Shown piece after piece: positions 42,787 through 53,915 of a stretch of 64,000 nucleotides of DNA (its first letter is position 1; every line of letters begins with the position of its first letter). The notes under the pieces were generated by a model that did not search any database, was not told where the DNA came from, and saw only the letters and a list, made by a program, of their open reading frames with translations. The stretch lies in the NCBI GenBank assembly GCA_024346625.1, contig AP024664.1, positions 558,001 to 622,000 on the forward strand. The letters are read 5' to 3'. The DNA comes from Williopsis jadinii (lineage: Eukaryota). Both the position numbers and the translations under genes were made by a program.

Positions 42787-44529
42787 CTAAGCGAGCAAGT
42801 TGTTTTCATTTTCAGTGCTACTTGTTTTATCAACGTTGTCACCGTCGCTTGATACATTTTCACGGTGTTCGGCCATTGCTTTGTTTTTCTTCAAATGTTC
42901 GATATCGTGATCAGTAATGGACTCACCAAAGACCTCGACAACTTCCTCCAAAGTACGGCCAGATGTTTCAACCCAAGTCAAGTAAACGACAACAAGCTCA
43001 ACAGCCAATATACAGCAATACACAATGTAGTATCTCCATTCAATAGCATCCATAGCTATTGGATTGACGAAACCATTGTAAATCTGGATGATTTGTTGAA
43101 CCAAGACACACAAATTTATACCCTTAGTTCTGATCGTAAAAGGTAGAATTTCAGTCAAGTAAAGGTATGGTAAGCCGTTAAGACCCAAGTTATAGGCCAG
43201 ATAATACAAGAAGATCATTGCCATGACACCTTTTCCGAGGGAACTGTCTTCAAAGTTTCTTTGTTGGTTGATGGCAGACAGAATAGTCCAGATGACATAA
43301 GTGAGAAGCATGGAAGAGACAGAGGTGATAAAGACCGTTCTTCTTCTAGTGTGGTTGTGTGCAAACAAATTAATAATGATACTGATGCCATAGTTATAGA
43401 TCATAAGTCCACCATTGAAGATAAGTTGTTGAGAAGTGGAAGTGATGCCGATAGAGTTAAGAACAATAGACAAGTAGTAAGAGACCAAACCATTACCAGA
43501 GAGCTGCATAATCACACCCAAGAAACAGAGAATAAAGAGTCTCTTTCTATTACCTGGTGTCTTGAAGAAGGACAAGTAGGAGAAATGGTTTGCATACTTT
43601 TCTTGCTCAATAGCAAGCTCAATCTCAGACATTTCAAAATCAACAAGGGCACCACATTCTTCTTCATTACCACCACCATGATATTTAAGCAATATTTCCC
43701 TAGCCTCAGAGTTTCTGCCCTTAGATATGAGGAAACGTGGGGACTCAGGAACAAAATAAATCAAGCAAATTTGTGCTAAAGGGAAGAAACCTTGAATTAT
43801 TGATGGAATTCTCCAAGACCAGTTTCTGCCAACATTTCTTGTACCAAATGAGACCCATGATGAGATAATAGCGCCTAAGTACCAATTGGAGTTAAAGAAT
43901 GCAGTAACAGCCTGTCTATGAGTCGGGTATGAAAGCTCAGAGATCAATGGTGGTGATGCAATTGTGGCTACACCATTACCAAATCCAAGAATGATTCTTG
44001 CAACCAAAAACATGGCATATGTGCGTCTACTTGTCTCTTGTTTATCATTTCCGTTAACATGTAACCATGTACCAGCACAAGACTGAATAATAGTCCCAAT
44101 AATCATAATCACATCACCAATTGTAATAGCATGTCTTCTACCTAGACGGTCGGAGATTGTACTTGCAACCAAAGTGGAAAGAAGAACACCGAAAACCACA
44201 CCATTTGCAATGGCACCAAGAACAGCACCTTCAGGTTGGCCCATGGCAGACATCCAATCGGGCATAGATTGGAAAGCGTTAAGCAGTGAACCATCGTAAC
44301 CGGTATTTGTAGATGTGAGGGAGACAATCAGAATCAGCCAATTCAAAACCAAAAGATGGCGAGTCTTCCACCATGGCATAGTTGAATTTGGAAGGTAGTG
44401 TTCCAAATTATCATGGCGTTGCTCGTTCTTTTCTCCATCTTCTTGTCTCTTCACTTCTTCTCCCGTAGCATTTTGTTTGTTTTTACCAAATTTCCACAGT
44501 TTGGCCTCATCAGCAATCAATCCAATCAT
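42787..44529 (-). CDS. MFS sugar porter, Lac12/cellodextrin-transporter-like
   Basis: GYDGSLLN, DRLGRR, WSWRIPS, VPESPRFL, QLSGNGLVSYYL and VETSGRTLEE motifs. Confidence 0.88.
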   Translation of the reverse strand: MIGLIADEAKLWKFGKNKQNATGEEVKRQEDGEKNEQRHDNLEHYLPNSTMPWWKTRHLLVLNWLILIVSLTSTNTGYDGSLLNAFQSMPDWMSAMGQPEGAVLGAIANGVVFGVLLSTLVASTISDRLGRRHAITIGDVIMIIGTIIQSCAGTWLHVNGNDKQETSRRTYAMFLVARIILGFGNGVATIASPPLISELSYPTHRQAVTAFFNSNWYLGAIISSWVSFGTRNVGRNWSWRIPSIIQGFFPLAQICLIYFVPESPRFLISKGRNSEAREILLKYHGGGNEEECGALVDFEMSEIELAIEQEKYANHFSYLSFFKTPGNRKRLFILCFLGVIMQLSGNGLVSYYLSIVLNSIGITSTSQQLIFNGGLMIYNYGISIIINLFAHNHTRRRTVFITSVSSMLLTYVIWTILSAINQQRNFEDSSLGKGVMAMIFLYYLAYNLGLNGLPYLYLTEILPFTIRTKGINLCVLVQQIIQIYNGFVNPIAMDAIEWRYYIVYCCILAVELVVVYLTWVETSGRTLEEVVEVFGESITDHDIEHLKKNKAMAEHRENVSSDGDNVDKTSSTENENNLLA

Positions 44530-46371
44530 TTTCTTTCAACTTCTGACTGATAATAAAGTGTAATGATTTTGAAAAGAACTTCATCACGTTCAAAGGATCA
44601 GGAGGTGGAGGTGCTTTTATAGGGCCTCCAATTATCACAAGTTTTCCTTCACTTCATCCATGGTGTTTCACAACTGTAGAACGGAAACCCGTAACGCACC
44701 CCGGACTAAATGACCCCTCTATCCCGTAGTTGTATGATCCAAAGTACTTCCACGAAATACAAAACCTTCAATATGTGAACCCCAAATATAATGATAGTCT
44801 TTTTAACCCCAACTCTTCTACATATTCCACTGATGGTTACAACTTCGGAGAAACATGCGGAATAAATTTGCATAACAGTACATAGCCGTGCATCTGTGAA
44901 AAACTCTCCATCCCAGCGTTGGTGCAACTCCATTTTTAAAGCACTATCGTTGGAATTAAACATGTAAAGTAACGGAAACTTCATGGACGCTGATGGGACT
45001 GTCATTTTCAACTGGTGTTAAGCGTAGTCTTTTGCGCTTGCTCCAGTAAAACCGTGTTATTGTTCTTACATGCAACAAGAAATGAATGCGTCATGTTTAA
45101 TGACGGATACTCACGAGTACTCGAAGCCGATGCCGACATCATTACCTATACACTCAATCTCTTGAAAGTAGAACGCAAGGAATTGGATATGCAATTGGAG
45201 CCTAGAACTGTCTCAGCTGTACGGTTTCTGATGTACAGCGTGTGGTGTGGGGTGGGAATGTTATTATACAACTGTCAAGCTCTGAACGCTTGCGCCTGTG
45301 GAGGGGATTATTCCGATGCAGACGACTCTCTCGCATGACTCCCATGAACGGGTGGAAACTTACCGGGAGATTTCATCCATGGTACTAGGAGCTTGTTCTA
45401 TAGTCCAGTGCTTAGTGACCTATGTGACTCTAAAAGAACTGACTCATTTGAACAGCTTTATAGAATAACATGGACTAACACGTTATAAACAATAGATAGA
45501 CTGGGAACCTTGGATTATGTACTGCGAATGCATAGGCAAAGGGAGGGGGAGGAAACAAACGAGAAGGATACGAATGCAAAGATCAGCTCTATGTTCAATG
45601 TGCAAAGATGTCTAAACTTTGGGATATTATCAGAACTCTCGATCTATGTATTATTAACAACATTGTTGATATGGGTACTTGGTCTGGGAAGCACTTGAAA
45701 GAAACCGACTTATGATTCGACGTTAGATGTCATTGCAAAGCAGCAAGTTGGTATAGACAATTGAGTTGGTCCATGCTTAGGTCTTACTGGGAGGGATGGT
45801 TGGAGCTTTTCTAACGAAACATATGTTCACATGCGGTATCTGCTCTCCATATTCACGCCGGTGTGACCCTCGTAAACTGTAAACGGAAAAATGGATTTAC
45901 ATATACATATGGTTTCTTGTACAGTAGTAAATCGCTACCAATTTTTCCAACAAGGCTTTGTCAACGATTACTAGTCCAGCATTAAAAAAGGAGACGAAAA
46001 GAGAGCCATTGTTTGCTATTTTTGCTCCGAATGATACAAAGCCGAATCGGTCTCAGATATCCTGTATCGTGGTTGACCATTGTTAAACTGGTTAAACGGT
46101 GGTTGGAATAACAAGTTGTATATGGTATAATTCATAACACAATCAGACCAAGCAGTTATAAGTGTCGTGTAATGAGGGACGTGGGTGATTTCATCAATCT
46201 TTCTACCTTTGTAATCTGAACCCTCTTCACCTGGGTTGCGCTATGTAGTCGGATAATTACACGGGGGGATTCATTATATTACAGCATGATTTCTCGGAAT
46301 ATTTGGATTGATCCATCTACAGTGGTACTTTCGTCATTGTCGAACTATTCACCTTGTATGAGAAAATAACT

Positions 46372-47379
46372 TTATAGTTCGTCGATAATTCTACCTAACA
46401 CTTCTTCAAATGTATCGGTCGCAAGTTCTTCCGCAACGTTAGAAACTATTGAAACAAATTCTCCCATAGTTGTGGTAATAGCTTCACTCAGTGATGATAC
46501 TGTTTCAACAACATCAGATGCTACTCCTACTGCTGACGTTGTTGTTGTTGTGCCAATGGCCTGAACGATATTGGACGCCTTTAAAGGCTCAACCTTTAGA
46601 GGTTTTGATACGAGCCCCAGAGTTGAAAACAACGTACGTGTTGAATACCATACAATTCTCCATGACAGTATCACGGGCCACTTCAACAATCTGCTCCAAA
46701 ACACTTTGAAAACACACAGGGCAAAGAACGCTAGGGCGTAGTACATCCTCTTCTTATCCTTCATACTACTTAGCCGGATATCGTTGATGAACACCTCTGA
46801 CCGTGTAAGCATCCCACCAACAACGTCATTCCTCTCTGCAAATCTTGATAATGAATCACCTTGGATTTCCAACTCTTCAATGTTCAATTGAGACTGCACC
46901 AGTGAAGACTGTAATATCTGTGATGAGGTTACGAGTTTTGAAGTGATCTTTCTCGTTGTGTTCATGATCTTTGCGTCCTTTGAGACCACTTCTGGTTCCT
47001 CGTGGTTCTCAATGGCATTGTCAGCAGTGTCAGCAGCGACTTCTCTGTTGTACTTGGCCCTTTTCAAATCTTCAAAATTGGCCAATTGATCCTCCCTTTG
47101 AGATAGTTGCTTTGTAATGAGATTCTTCTGGAATCTGTTCATGAAATCCCTCAATGAGTCGTACTCAGCAACGAGCTCAACCTGGGTGTGCACAGGTTTA
47201 TCCAGGTCTAGCCCGAATTGGAACTCCAACTCATCATGAAGGTAATCAAGCGAATCGTTGTACTGGGAGAGAAGTAGAAAGATCTTTTCTTTATCCAAGC
47301 CAGCCTCCGTGTAGAGAAGCCTTGCAATTGAGTTCTTCAAGTCGTGCAGTTGTCCAATCTGGGCCTCTATCTCGGTCAT
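46372..47379 (-). CDS. SEC20: ER SNARE Sec20
   Basis: Coiled-coil SNARE region, DKKRMYYALAFF TM, then WSRLLKWP, a Ser/Thr-rich luminal tail and C-terminal IDEL. Confidence 0.82.
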   Translation of the reverse strand: MTEIEAQIGQLHDLKNSIARLLYTEAGLDKEKIFLLLSQYNDSLDYLHDELEFQFGLDLDKPVHTQVELVAEYDSLRDFMNRFQKNLITKQLSQREDQLANFEDLKRAKYNREVAADTADNAIENHEEPEVVSKDAKIMNTTRKITSKLVTSSQILQSSLVQSQLNIEELEIQGDSLSRFAERNDVVGGMLTRSEVFINDIRLSSMKDKKRMYYALAFFALCVFKVFWSRLLKWPVILSWRIVWYSTRTLFSTLGLVSKPLKVEPLKASNIVQAIGTTTTTSAVGVASDVVETVSSLSEAITTTMGEFVSIVSNVAEELATDTFEEVLGRIIDEL

Positions 47380-47923
47380 GATGGTACTGCCTGGGTGCTA
47401 TTAGGGATGTTTCCTTGTGCCTTTTCTGGTTGGTGATGGAAGTTGTAAAGGTGTCTGATCGGAATTCCCTCCTCAAAGCGGGAAATGCCGACACGGATCG
47501 GAATTGGGAGAGAAAACTTGATTACGTAACCACATATCTAAGCTGCTTACATAATACATCCGCACACCAACTTTTTCGTCATGTTTTTTCCTCGCTCGTT
47601 TGCCGCCGCCGGTTTTGTGGTTTTTTTTTTCCGCTGTCGTCCACCCAAAACTTTCCAACATTGAAACTTTCACCACAACTCCAAACAGCAAAACAAAACA
47701 CCATTTCAACCTTCAAAAGGCTCCCTCAGGTTGGCAGTTTCAAGCACAAACGCGTGGAGAAGATCAACAACGTTGCTTAGTTAGAAAGGAACGTTTGTAG
47801 GAAGAGGACGAAGAAGCATTTTGTCGAGTTAGCTGGCTTTGCATACACATTAATATCGTCAGTTTGAAGGCAGCTCATAGTCACCATCAGTTATCGTTGC
47901 ATCAAGACCAGTCCTAGTTTACA

Positions 47924-48574
47924 ATGTCATGGTTATTTGGCTCTAAGAAGGAGGAGACGCACACGGAGAGCGGTGCTGTGTCGTCAGGGATTGACCCGAA
48001 GCTGGGGTTTGACCCATCCCAGATCTCTAGCGTCTCTCAAATCATATCAGCACCAGGCGGGCTGGACACCTCGAGATTGCATCCGCTTGCCGGTCTAGAG
48101 AAGGGGGTTGAGTTCATGGACCTGGAAGATGAGGAGCTGACACACATGGAGGGTGCTCAAGGTCTGATTCCTTCTCGTGGTTGGACCGATGACTTGTGTT
48201 ACGGTACAGGTGCGGTGTATCTCCTTGGTTTGGGTCTCGGTGGTTCATATGGATTCTTTGAAGGTTTACAGAACATCCCTGCAAACGCTCCAGGGAGACT
48301 GAGACTGAACACGGTGTTGAATCATATCACCAAGCGTGGTCCATTCCTCGGTAACAACGCTGGTGTCTTGGCCTTGACTTATAACCTCTTCGACTCTGCT
48401 CTCGATGCCTTTAGAGGCAAACACGATATCTATAACTCTGTTGTTGCAGGTGCCCTTGCAGGTGCGCTGTTCAAGTCCTCAAGAGGCCTGAAACCAATGG
48501 GCTACGCCAGTGTTCTCATGGCTGGTGCTGCTGCTGCATGGACTGGTGTGAAGGGTGTTCTATTGGGTCAATAA
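47924..48574 (+). CDS. TIM23: Mitochondrial import channel Tim23
   Basis: LHPLAGL, PSRGWTDDLCYGTG and LNHITKRGPFLGNNAG motifs. Confidence 0.96.
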   Translation: MSWLFGSKKEETHTESGAVSSGIDPKLGFDPSQISSVSQIISAPGGLDTSRLHPLAGLEKGVEFMDLEDEELTHMEGAQGLIPSRGWTDDLCYGTGAVYLLGLGLGGSYGFFEGLQNIPANAPGRLRLNTVLNHITKRGPFLGNNAGVLALTYNLFDSALDAFRGKHDIYNSVVAGALAGALFKSSRGLKPMGYASVLMAGAAAAWTGVKGVLLGQ

Positions 48575-48681
48575 AGGGTCTATAAGGCGTGGGGTGGATT
48601 TCGATTAAGCTTGTACATATACGTGTATTAAAAGAGAAGAGAGAAGAATAAGAGTAAATGTTTAATACGCAGTCTTTTGAA

Positions 48682-49734
48682 CTATGTAGATATCTGTTGT
48701 CTCTTTGGAGGAATGGCACTGTTTTCCTCTTCGTCATCAATCTTGTGCTTCTTGCCCTGTTCACTCTTTGAATCAAGCAGTTTTAGCATTTCACGTATAT
48801 CGTCATACGTCTTTGCCTTTATCATCACCTGGTACCATGACTCCTTTCCTGGAACCATTCTCGTTAACATATACTTGGAATTACCAAAGAAGTTGTCCAT
48901 CTCTTGTGCCAGCTCGATGTACTCCTTCACTGCGGATTTCCAGTCTAAAGGCGATTCATTGAAGACAGTTGGATTCTGTTCAGCCTTCTCAGCAATCATA
49001 CCTCCACAATCTTTACCAAATTCTTGCTGTAATTTGATGAAATCCTCTCTATCCAGCAATGCACCGTTGATGATAAAGCTCACACCGGCCTTATCACAGA
49101 TCGACTTGACCTTATCAACGTAATACCGTATAGGAGCTTCTCTGTTTCTCATCTGCTGAGTACGACAGTGTAGCGTCAGATTGGTTATGCCGGTCTGTAC
49201 CAATCTCTCAACAAGTTCTAGCGTCTTGTCCTGTTCTGGCATTAGTCTAATCTTGACGCTTATTGGTTTACCCTTCGGTTTACCAACTTTCTCCACCAGA
49301 CTTGTCAAGATGGAGCACAGCAGGTCAGGTGTTTTCAACAGAGCAGCACCCATACCAGAGTGTATGGAGAAGTGCTTTGGACAACCAGCATTGATGTCGA
49401 TACCAGAGACATCATCTATAACTTTGTTGGCAGCCTCAACAGCAATATCGGGATTAGCAGTGCCCATTTGGAATATCAGCTTTGAGTGTTCCAATTTCGG
49501 GTGAGTCCTAAACACCAGGTTCGTGATACCTGGGATCTTCGTATGCCCTGGAGAGAGGTAGTCAACGGTCCCCAGCTTGGAATTCACTATCCTTTCACAA
49601 GTTATAATCTTCTTATCAATAATCTCGGGGCTCCAGACGAGATCAGCACCGTATCTCAGTGCCAGGAGACGTGTTGGTAGCTCGCCGGCTCTAACCATCG
49701 GCGCTAGCACCAGTTTGCCTCGATAATCAACCAT
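48682..49734 (-). CDS. SMM1: tRNA-dihydrouridine(20) synthase
   Basis: LAPMVRAGELPTRL, INAGCPKHFSIHSGMGAALL and SVKIRL motifs. The likely start is ATG 49734 (MVDYRGK). Confidence 0.93.
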   Translation of the reverse strand: MVDYRGKLVLAPMVRAGELPTRLLALRYGADLVWSPEIIDKKIITCERIVNSKLGTVDYLSPGHTKIPGITNLVFRTHPKLEHSKLIFQMGTANPDIAVEAANKVIDDVSGIDINAGCPKHFSIHSGMGAALLKTPDLLCSILTSLVEKVGKPKGKPISVKIRLMPEQDKTLELVERLVQTGITNLTLHCRTQQMRNREAPIRYYVDKVKSICDKAGVSFIINGALLDREDFIKLQQEFGKDCGGMIAEKAEQNPTVFNESPLDWKSAVKEYIELAQEMDNFFGNSKYMLTRMVPGKESWYQVMIKAKTYDDIREMLKLLDSKSEQGKKHKIDDEEENSAIPPKRQQIST

Positions 49735-49831
49735 AGTCCAGCTCTCTATCACACTCAGGCAGTAACCTACAAGCACTTGCTACGTGGTTTGAGAGCCCTC
49801 ATTCATCCGTTTATGGGTCGCAACATAAGAG

Positions 49832-49862
49832 TGAAAATTTTCCGGAAGTGATCGATGAGATG
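49832..49862. promoter_or_regulatory. RRPE plus PAC pair (ribosome-biogenesis regulon) upstream of SMM1/DUS2
   Basis: TGAAAATTTT at 49832 and CGATGAGATG at 49853. Confidence 0.7.
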
Positions 49863-50617
49863 CGCAAAAGCCGACCGGAAATAACCCAATTCGGCAACTC
49901 TGTCGTTTTCGGTGATTATGATGAAGAAACTGATTCTACCGGCCCAACTCCCTTACAAAGATGTACGATTCCATGATCTAATCAGTTGGCCTCTTAGAAC
50001 AGCCTCTTAGCAGAGCACACAGTGGCTTCTAAAAGCACACCTCCGCCTCCCCCTGTGGTTGGATTGAATGCATGTATCGCTGCAAGGTACACCTCGTTTC
50101 CAGAGCAACATGATTAGACTAGAGCCTGACCCGAAAGGTACCGGAATTTTATTTCTCGTTCACACTTGAAACATTTCACATTCTCAGCGGTGAGTTGTTT
50201 GAGGAGAAATGCTGTCCAGTAGAACAAATAGAACGTGCTTTGTGAGTGCAATTGCACACAGAGACCCATATCATCGCGAGACGGACAAGCTCAAGCTCTG
50301 TGTAGTGGTTTCTATTGATGTTAGTAGGGGTCATCTTTGCTGTTTGTCTACAGCGCAGACACGCGACTTATAGAAGTGTTTCACTGGACAATTCGACGCG
50401 TCTTGAAACAAATGCTAAGCACAGACACATGCACATATGAACTGTAAATGAATTCTAGATTACTTTTAAGAGGGCTTTCGTAAACAATTTATATGTCCTC
50501 AATTTCCTTGTCCGACCTGGAATGTGTATATAACTTGTATGAACAGCCCATTGTTTCCGCTTAGTTTTTGTAATAAGCCAGAATACACTCCTTGGAAACT
50601 GGTCAACTCGCTTGATA

Positions 50618-53600
50618 ATGACTACTGTTAATTCCTCTTCGCAGATGAAGCTTCTCATGGAGAACAAACAGAACAGACTGAAAGCAGAAGGGCTATACAT
50701 CTACGACTTTGAGCTGTTCAACAAATGGCTATTGAAGGAACAGGACTTGTTCGATATATTTGCCTGCAATGGTATCAACCACACGTCGTGTCGTTACGTG
50801 ATTCACTACTTGACAAGGGAGCTGAAGTCACGGCTCGGTGAAATTGACAAGAACAACGTGTCAAGACACGAACTATCCGCACTGTATGACGTTTTCAAGC
50901 CAAGTCTGGGCCAGTTCAACCAAGATGATATAGAATTCGCCAATAGATTCATCAAATCGATGTTCCCATACGGGGGTTGCTCATACACAGGACCGAAACT
51001 GCAAAAGATGCTTGGGGAATCCAAATGGATCACCATTATCCTATCACTACGTATTGTCTGGTCTCTCTTACCAGAGGCCATTGTTCCTTGGAACACCTTT
51101 GAGAAGTTCACACAATGGGAAAAGAACGAAGGGTTCAACAATTTTCAGAGCTTCTATCAGCAGCTGCCAATATTTATGCCCTCTCATAATCACTGCTGTG
51201 TCTTGTTTGAATTCTTAGAGATTTTTATCACCATATTCGATAACGACTATTTACTGGATGTGAAAAGCGCACTCGATGTTGTCTATACAGCTGGTCAGAT
51301 TTGCTTCTCTAGAGATACTTATTGCGAAGGTACAAGCGATCACCACAAGGATGACGATTTACAAGAACTGCAAAATTTCTACTACAAGAGAGGCTACAGC
51401 TTTCATTATATATTTGTGTCTTATCTGAGAGCACTGTCGAAGGAATCAACGTTCAGCCAATTTGCCATGTTGGATATCTTTGACGTTGTAAAGACATATC
51501 CACCAGCTGATTACAAACCAGTCACTCAAAAGGCGTTGACTCTAACTGTTCCTTCTGATGAAGAACTGAAAACTACCAACTACTTCAAGTTGATCTCGGT
51601 GGCTGCTAATTCTTCAGCAAGGATATACTCGTCCAACCACACTTTCACAAAGTACGAGAACAAGTTCCTAGACAAGTTTGAAGTCAATCCGTACAAGGTG
51701 ATTGATAACTTCTTTTCCAAATCTTCAAAGAACTACTTGCTCAAGTTTGATAGGAACTTGAATTTTGATAATTTCAAAGTTAACAGTACCATCACAAAGA
51801 TGAGGAAGAGTTTGAAAGATGATACCTTGTTTGCCAACAAAGAGTTCATATCAACATTCATCAAGGACTTCAACAGATACGGGTTTGAGAGCGAGAGGGA
51901 AAATGGTAATTCACCAGAGACTTTCCTCCAAGATACTATCAACATGAACTTTAGCTCGTCATTTGATCAACTGAACTCGAATCCGGTTCGTTTGTCCAAA
52001 CTGGAGATTAGTGAGTGGTTCATCAACGCTTGGAAGTATGAAACGTTTCTGGGATATTTGCAAAACACTGCTGTCATTAAGTTGACGAGAACTATCGGTG
52101 ACTGTGATTGGTTGATTTTAACATCTCATGACAAGGTCTCTGCCAATAATAGATATTTGACACCTCCAAACTCTGCTGGTGTTGAGGATCAAGAAGCCAA
52201 CGATATATCAAAACAAGATAGGAAACCACCGCATAAAGAAGCTCATGACATCAAACAAAGGTCAGCGACACCAAGAGCAAGTATGGTGAAGAGTGCTCAA
52301 CTTGTCAATGGGGCTTCTCAAAGTGACCCTCTGCCAAAGCATATCTTGATCTCTAACGATACGCCACAATGTACCAAGGTGGAAAAGCCAAAGAGAAATA
52401 ACGAGGACAATTGCATCAAGAGGGCCAGTATTGTTGCTAAGAAATCAATGGAGAACTTAGCGTCGATGGTATCGAGTGACAGCTTCTCGACGAAGAAGGA
52501 ACCAACAAACGTTGTAACCATGAACGATACCATTGATAGCATTTTGCAGAAACCAATGAAGCCTATCGAAAGATCGTCAAAGAACCTTTCCAGTCCTAAA
52601 AGAGCATCTGTCATGACTATTGAAAAGGTCACTGATAGTATTGCAGAGCGAAGCTTTGAGAAGGTTAAGATTGTCAATGTTGGTGAAAAGGTCAAAATGG
52701 TGAGCTCATCAGAAGATGTGAGTGTTGTTACCAGTGAGAAGGACAAGAAGGCGGAAACTATTGAAGAGCAAGAAGAGGATAGTACTGCTTCTGAAGGTCT
52801 AATGGCATTTGAGAAACCACCTACAAGAGAACAAATATCTAGAAATATCTATCAAACACCTCCACAGTTGTGTTCTCCAACTGTCCCACCTCCACTGATT
52901 CAAAGCTCACTTAATGTCAATTCAATGGATTCTGTTACCTCCAAGTTTGTCACAGAGAAGCTGAATAGGAACCCATCAGAGATATTTGGAAAGTTCAACC
53001 TAGCAGAGGTATCTCCACAAAGTGTTCTTGAGTCAAACTTTGAAGGAGCATACTCTCAAGATAAGGTGCCCGTGATCAAGACACCTGTTCCACCAGCCAG
53101 TAAGAGCATCACCATTGAACTTCCTTCTACTACTCAGTGTAATGAGCTAGACGTTGACAATGGCTCACCAAGGAACCATTCATCAATTCTGAAGCATAGA
53201 CCTTCAATGAAGTCAAGAACTACAAGTGGTCAGTCACCAGTGACCCAAATGCTTCCAAAGTTCTTCAGGAAGCCTTCAATGACCAATGATCTTTCCCGGT
53301 CAGAATCAAATGATTCCTTGTCATTTATCAATGACGGCTCAGGAACTGACAATATCTCGAAGACAAGAACCAAGACAGAATCTGGCAAGACTACATCAGG
53401 AGAGTCGTTTGATACACAAGCTCGTCTGACATATCACCAGGGAACCTCATCTAGAAGGAAGGAGTTTATATCAAGAACGACACCACTAAGCAGCCCACTA
53501 GCACAGGTTGATTCTCCACAGCTGGGGCTTAGAGAACCAAGCTTACAATCCACTAAGCAGCGGATTGGAAAGAGCACTGAAAGTCTCGATAGTGCTTTTA

Positions 53601-53827
53601 GTGGGAAGACTGATTCCTCAAATCAGAACAACTCGTCATTAGACTCTTTCGCTGAAGATGATAACGACGATGCGACTACTGATACTCAAAATACAAGTTT
53701 GCAAGAGACAGTAACTCATGATACCAAACAATTGACATCTTTGGATGCCCTTACAAGTGAAATTTCTGACACTTTACGATTTTTTGATGAACCCACCAGT
53801 GAAGTATCAATTGAAGATACACAATGA
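50618..53827 (+). CDS. Msb1/Mug8-like protein (degenerate RhoGAP-like N-domain, disordered Ser/Thr-rich C-terminus)
   Basis: VIHYLTRELKSR, LRIVWSLLPEAIVPW..F..F and FINAW segments. MCB elements (ACGCGA 50361, ACGCGT 50396) lie upstream. Confidence 0.7.
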   Translation: MTTVNSSSQMKLLMENKQNRLKAEGLYIYDFELFNKWLLKEQDLFDIFACNGINHTSCRYVIHYLTRELKSRLGEIDKNNVSRHELSALYDVFKPSLGQFNQDDIEFANRFIKSMFPYGGCSYTGPKLQKMLGESKWITIILSLRIVWSLLPEAIVPWNTFEKFTQWEKNEGFNNFQSFYQQLPIFMPSHNHCCVLFEFLEIFITIFDNDYLLDVKSALDVVYTAGQICFSRDTYCEGTSDHHKDDDLQELQNFYYKRGYSFHYIFVSYLRALSKESTFSQFAMLDIFDVVKTYPPADYKPVTQKALTLTVPSDEELKTTNYFKLISVAANSSARIYSSNHTFTKYENKFLDKFEVNPYKVIDNFFSKSSKNYLLKFDRNLNFDNFKVNSTITKMRKSLKDDTLFANKEFISTFIKDFNRYGFESERENGNSPETFLQDTINMNFSSSFDQLNSNPVRLSKLEISEWFINAWKYETFLGYLQNTAVIKLTRTIGDCDWLILTSHDKVSANNRYLTPPNSAGVEDQEANDISKQDRKPPHKEAHDIKQRSATPRASMVKSAQLVNGASQSDPLPKHILISNDTPQCTKVEKPKRNNEDNCIKRASIVAKKSMENLASMVSSDSFSTKKEPTNVVTMNDTIDSILQKPMKPIERSSKNLSSPKRASVMTIEKVTDSIAERSFEKVKIVNVGEKVKMVSSSEDVSVVTSEKDKKAETIEEQEEDSTASEGLMAFEKPPTREQISRNIYQTPPQLCSPTVPPPLIQSSLNVNSMDSVTSKFVTEKLNRNPSEIFGKFNLAEVSPQSVLESNFEGAYSQDKVPVIKTPVPPASKSITIELPSTTQCNELDVDNGSPRNHSSILKHRPSMKSRTTSGQSPVTQMLPKFFRKPSMTNDLSRSESNDSLSFINDGSGTDNISKTRTKTESGKTTSGESFDTQARLTYHQGTSSRRKEFISRTTPLSSPLAQVDSPQLGLREPSLQSTKQRIGKSTESLDSAFSGKTDSSNQNNSSLDSFAEDDNDDATTDTQNTSLQETVTHDTKQLTSLDALTSEISDTLRFFDEPTSEVSIEDTQ

Positions 53828-53915
53828 ATACAAAAAATTCATATAATTTGTATGAACATGCTTTATAATTTTAGTTTAAGTAGAGCTCTCATATACAATA
53901 CAGCTAAACAATGAT

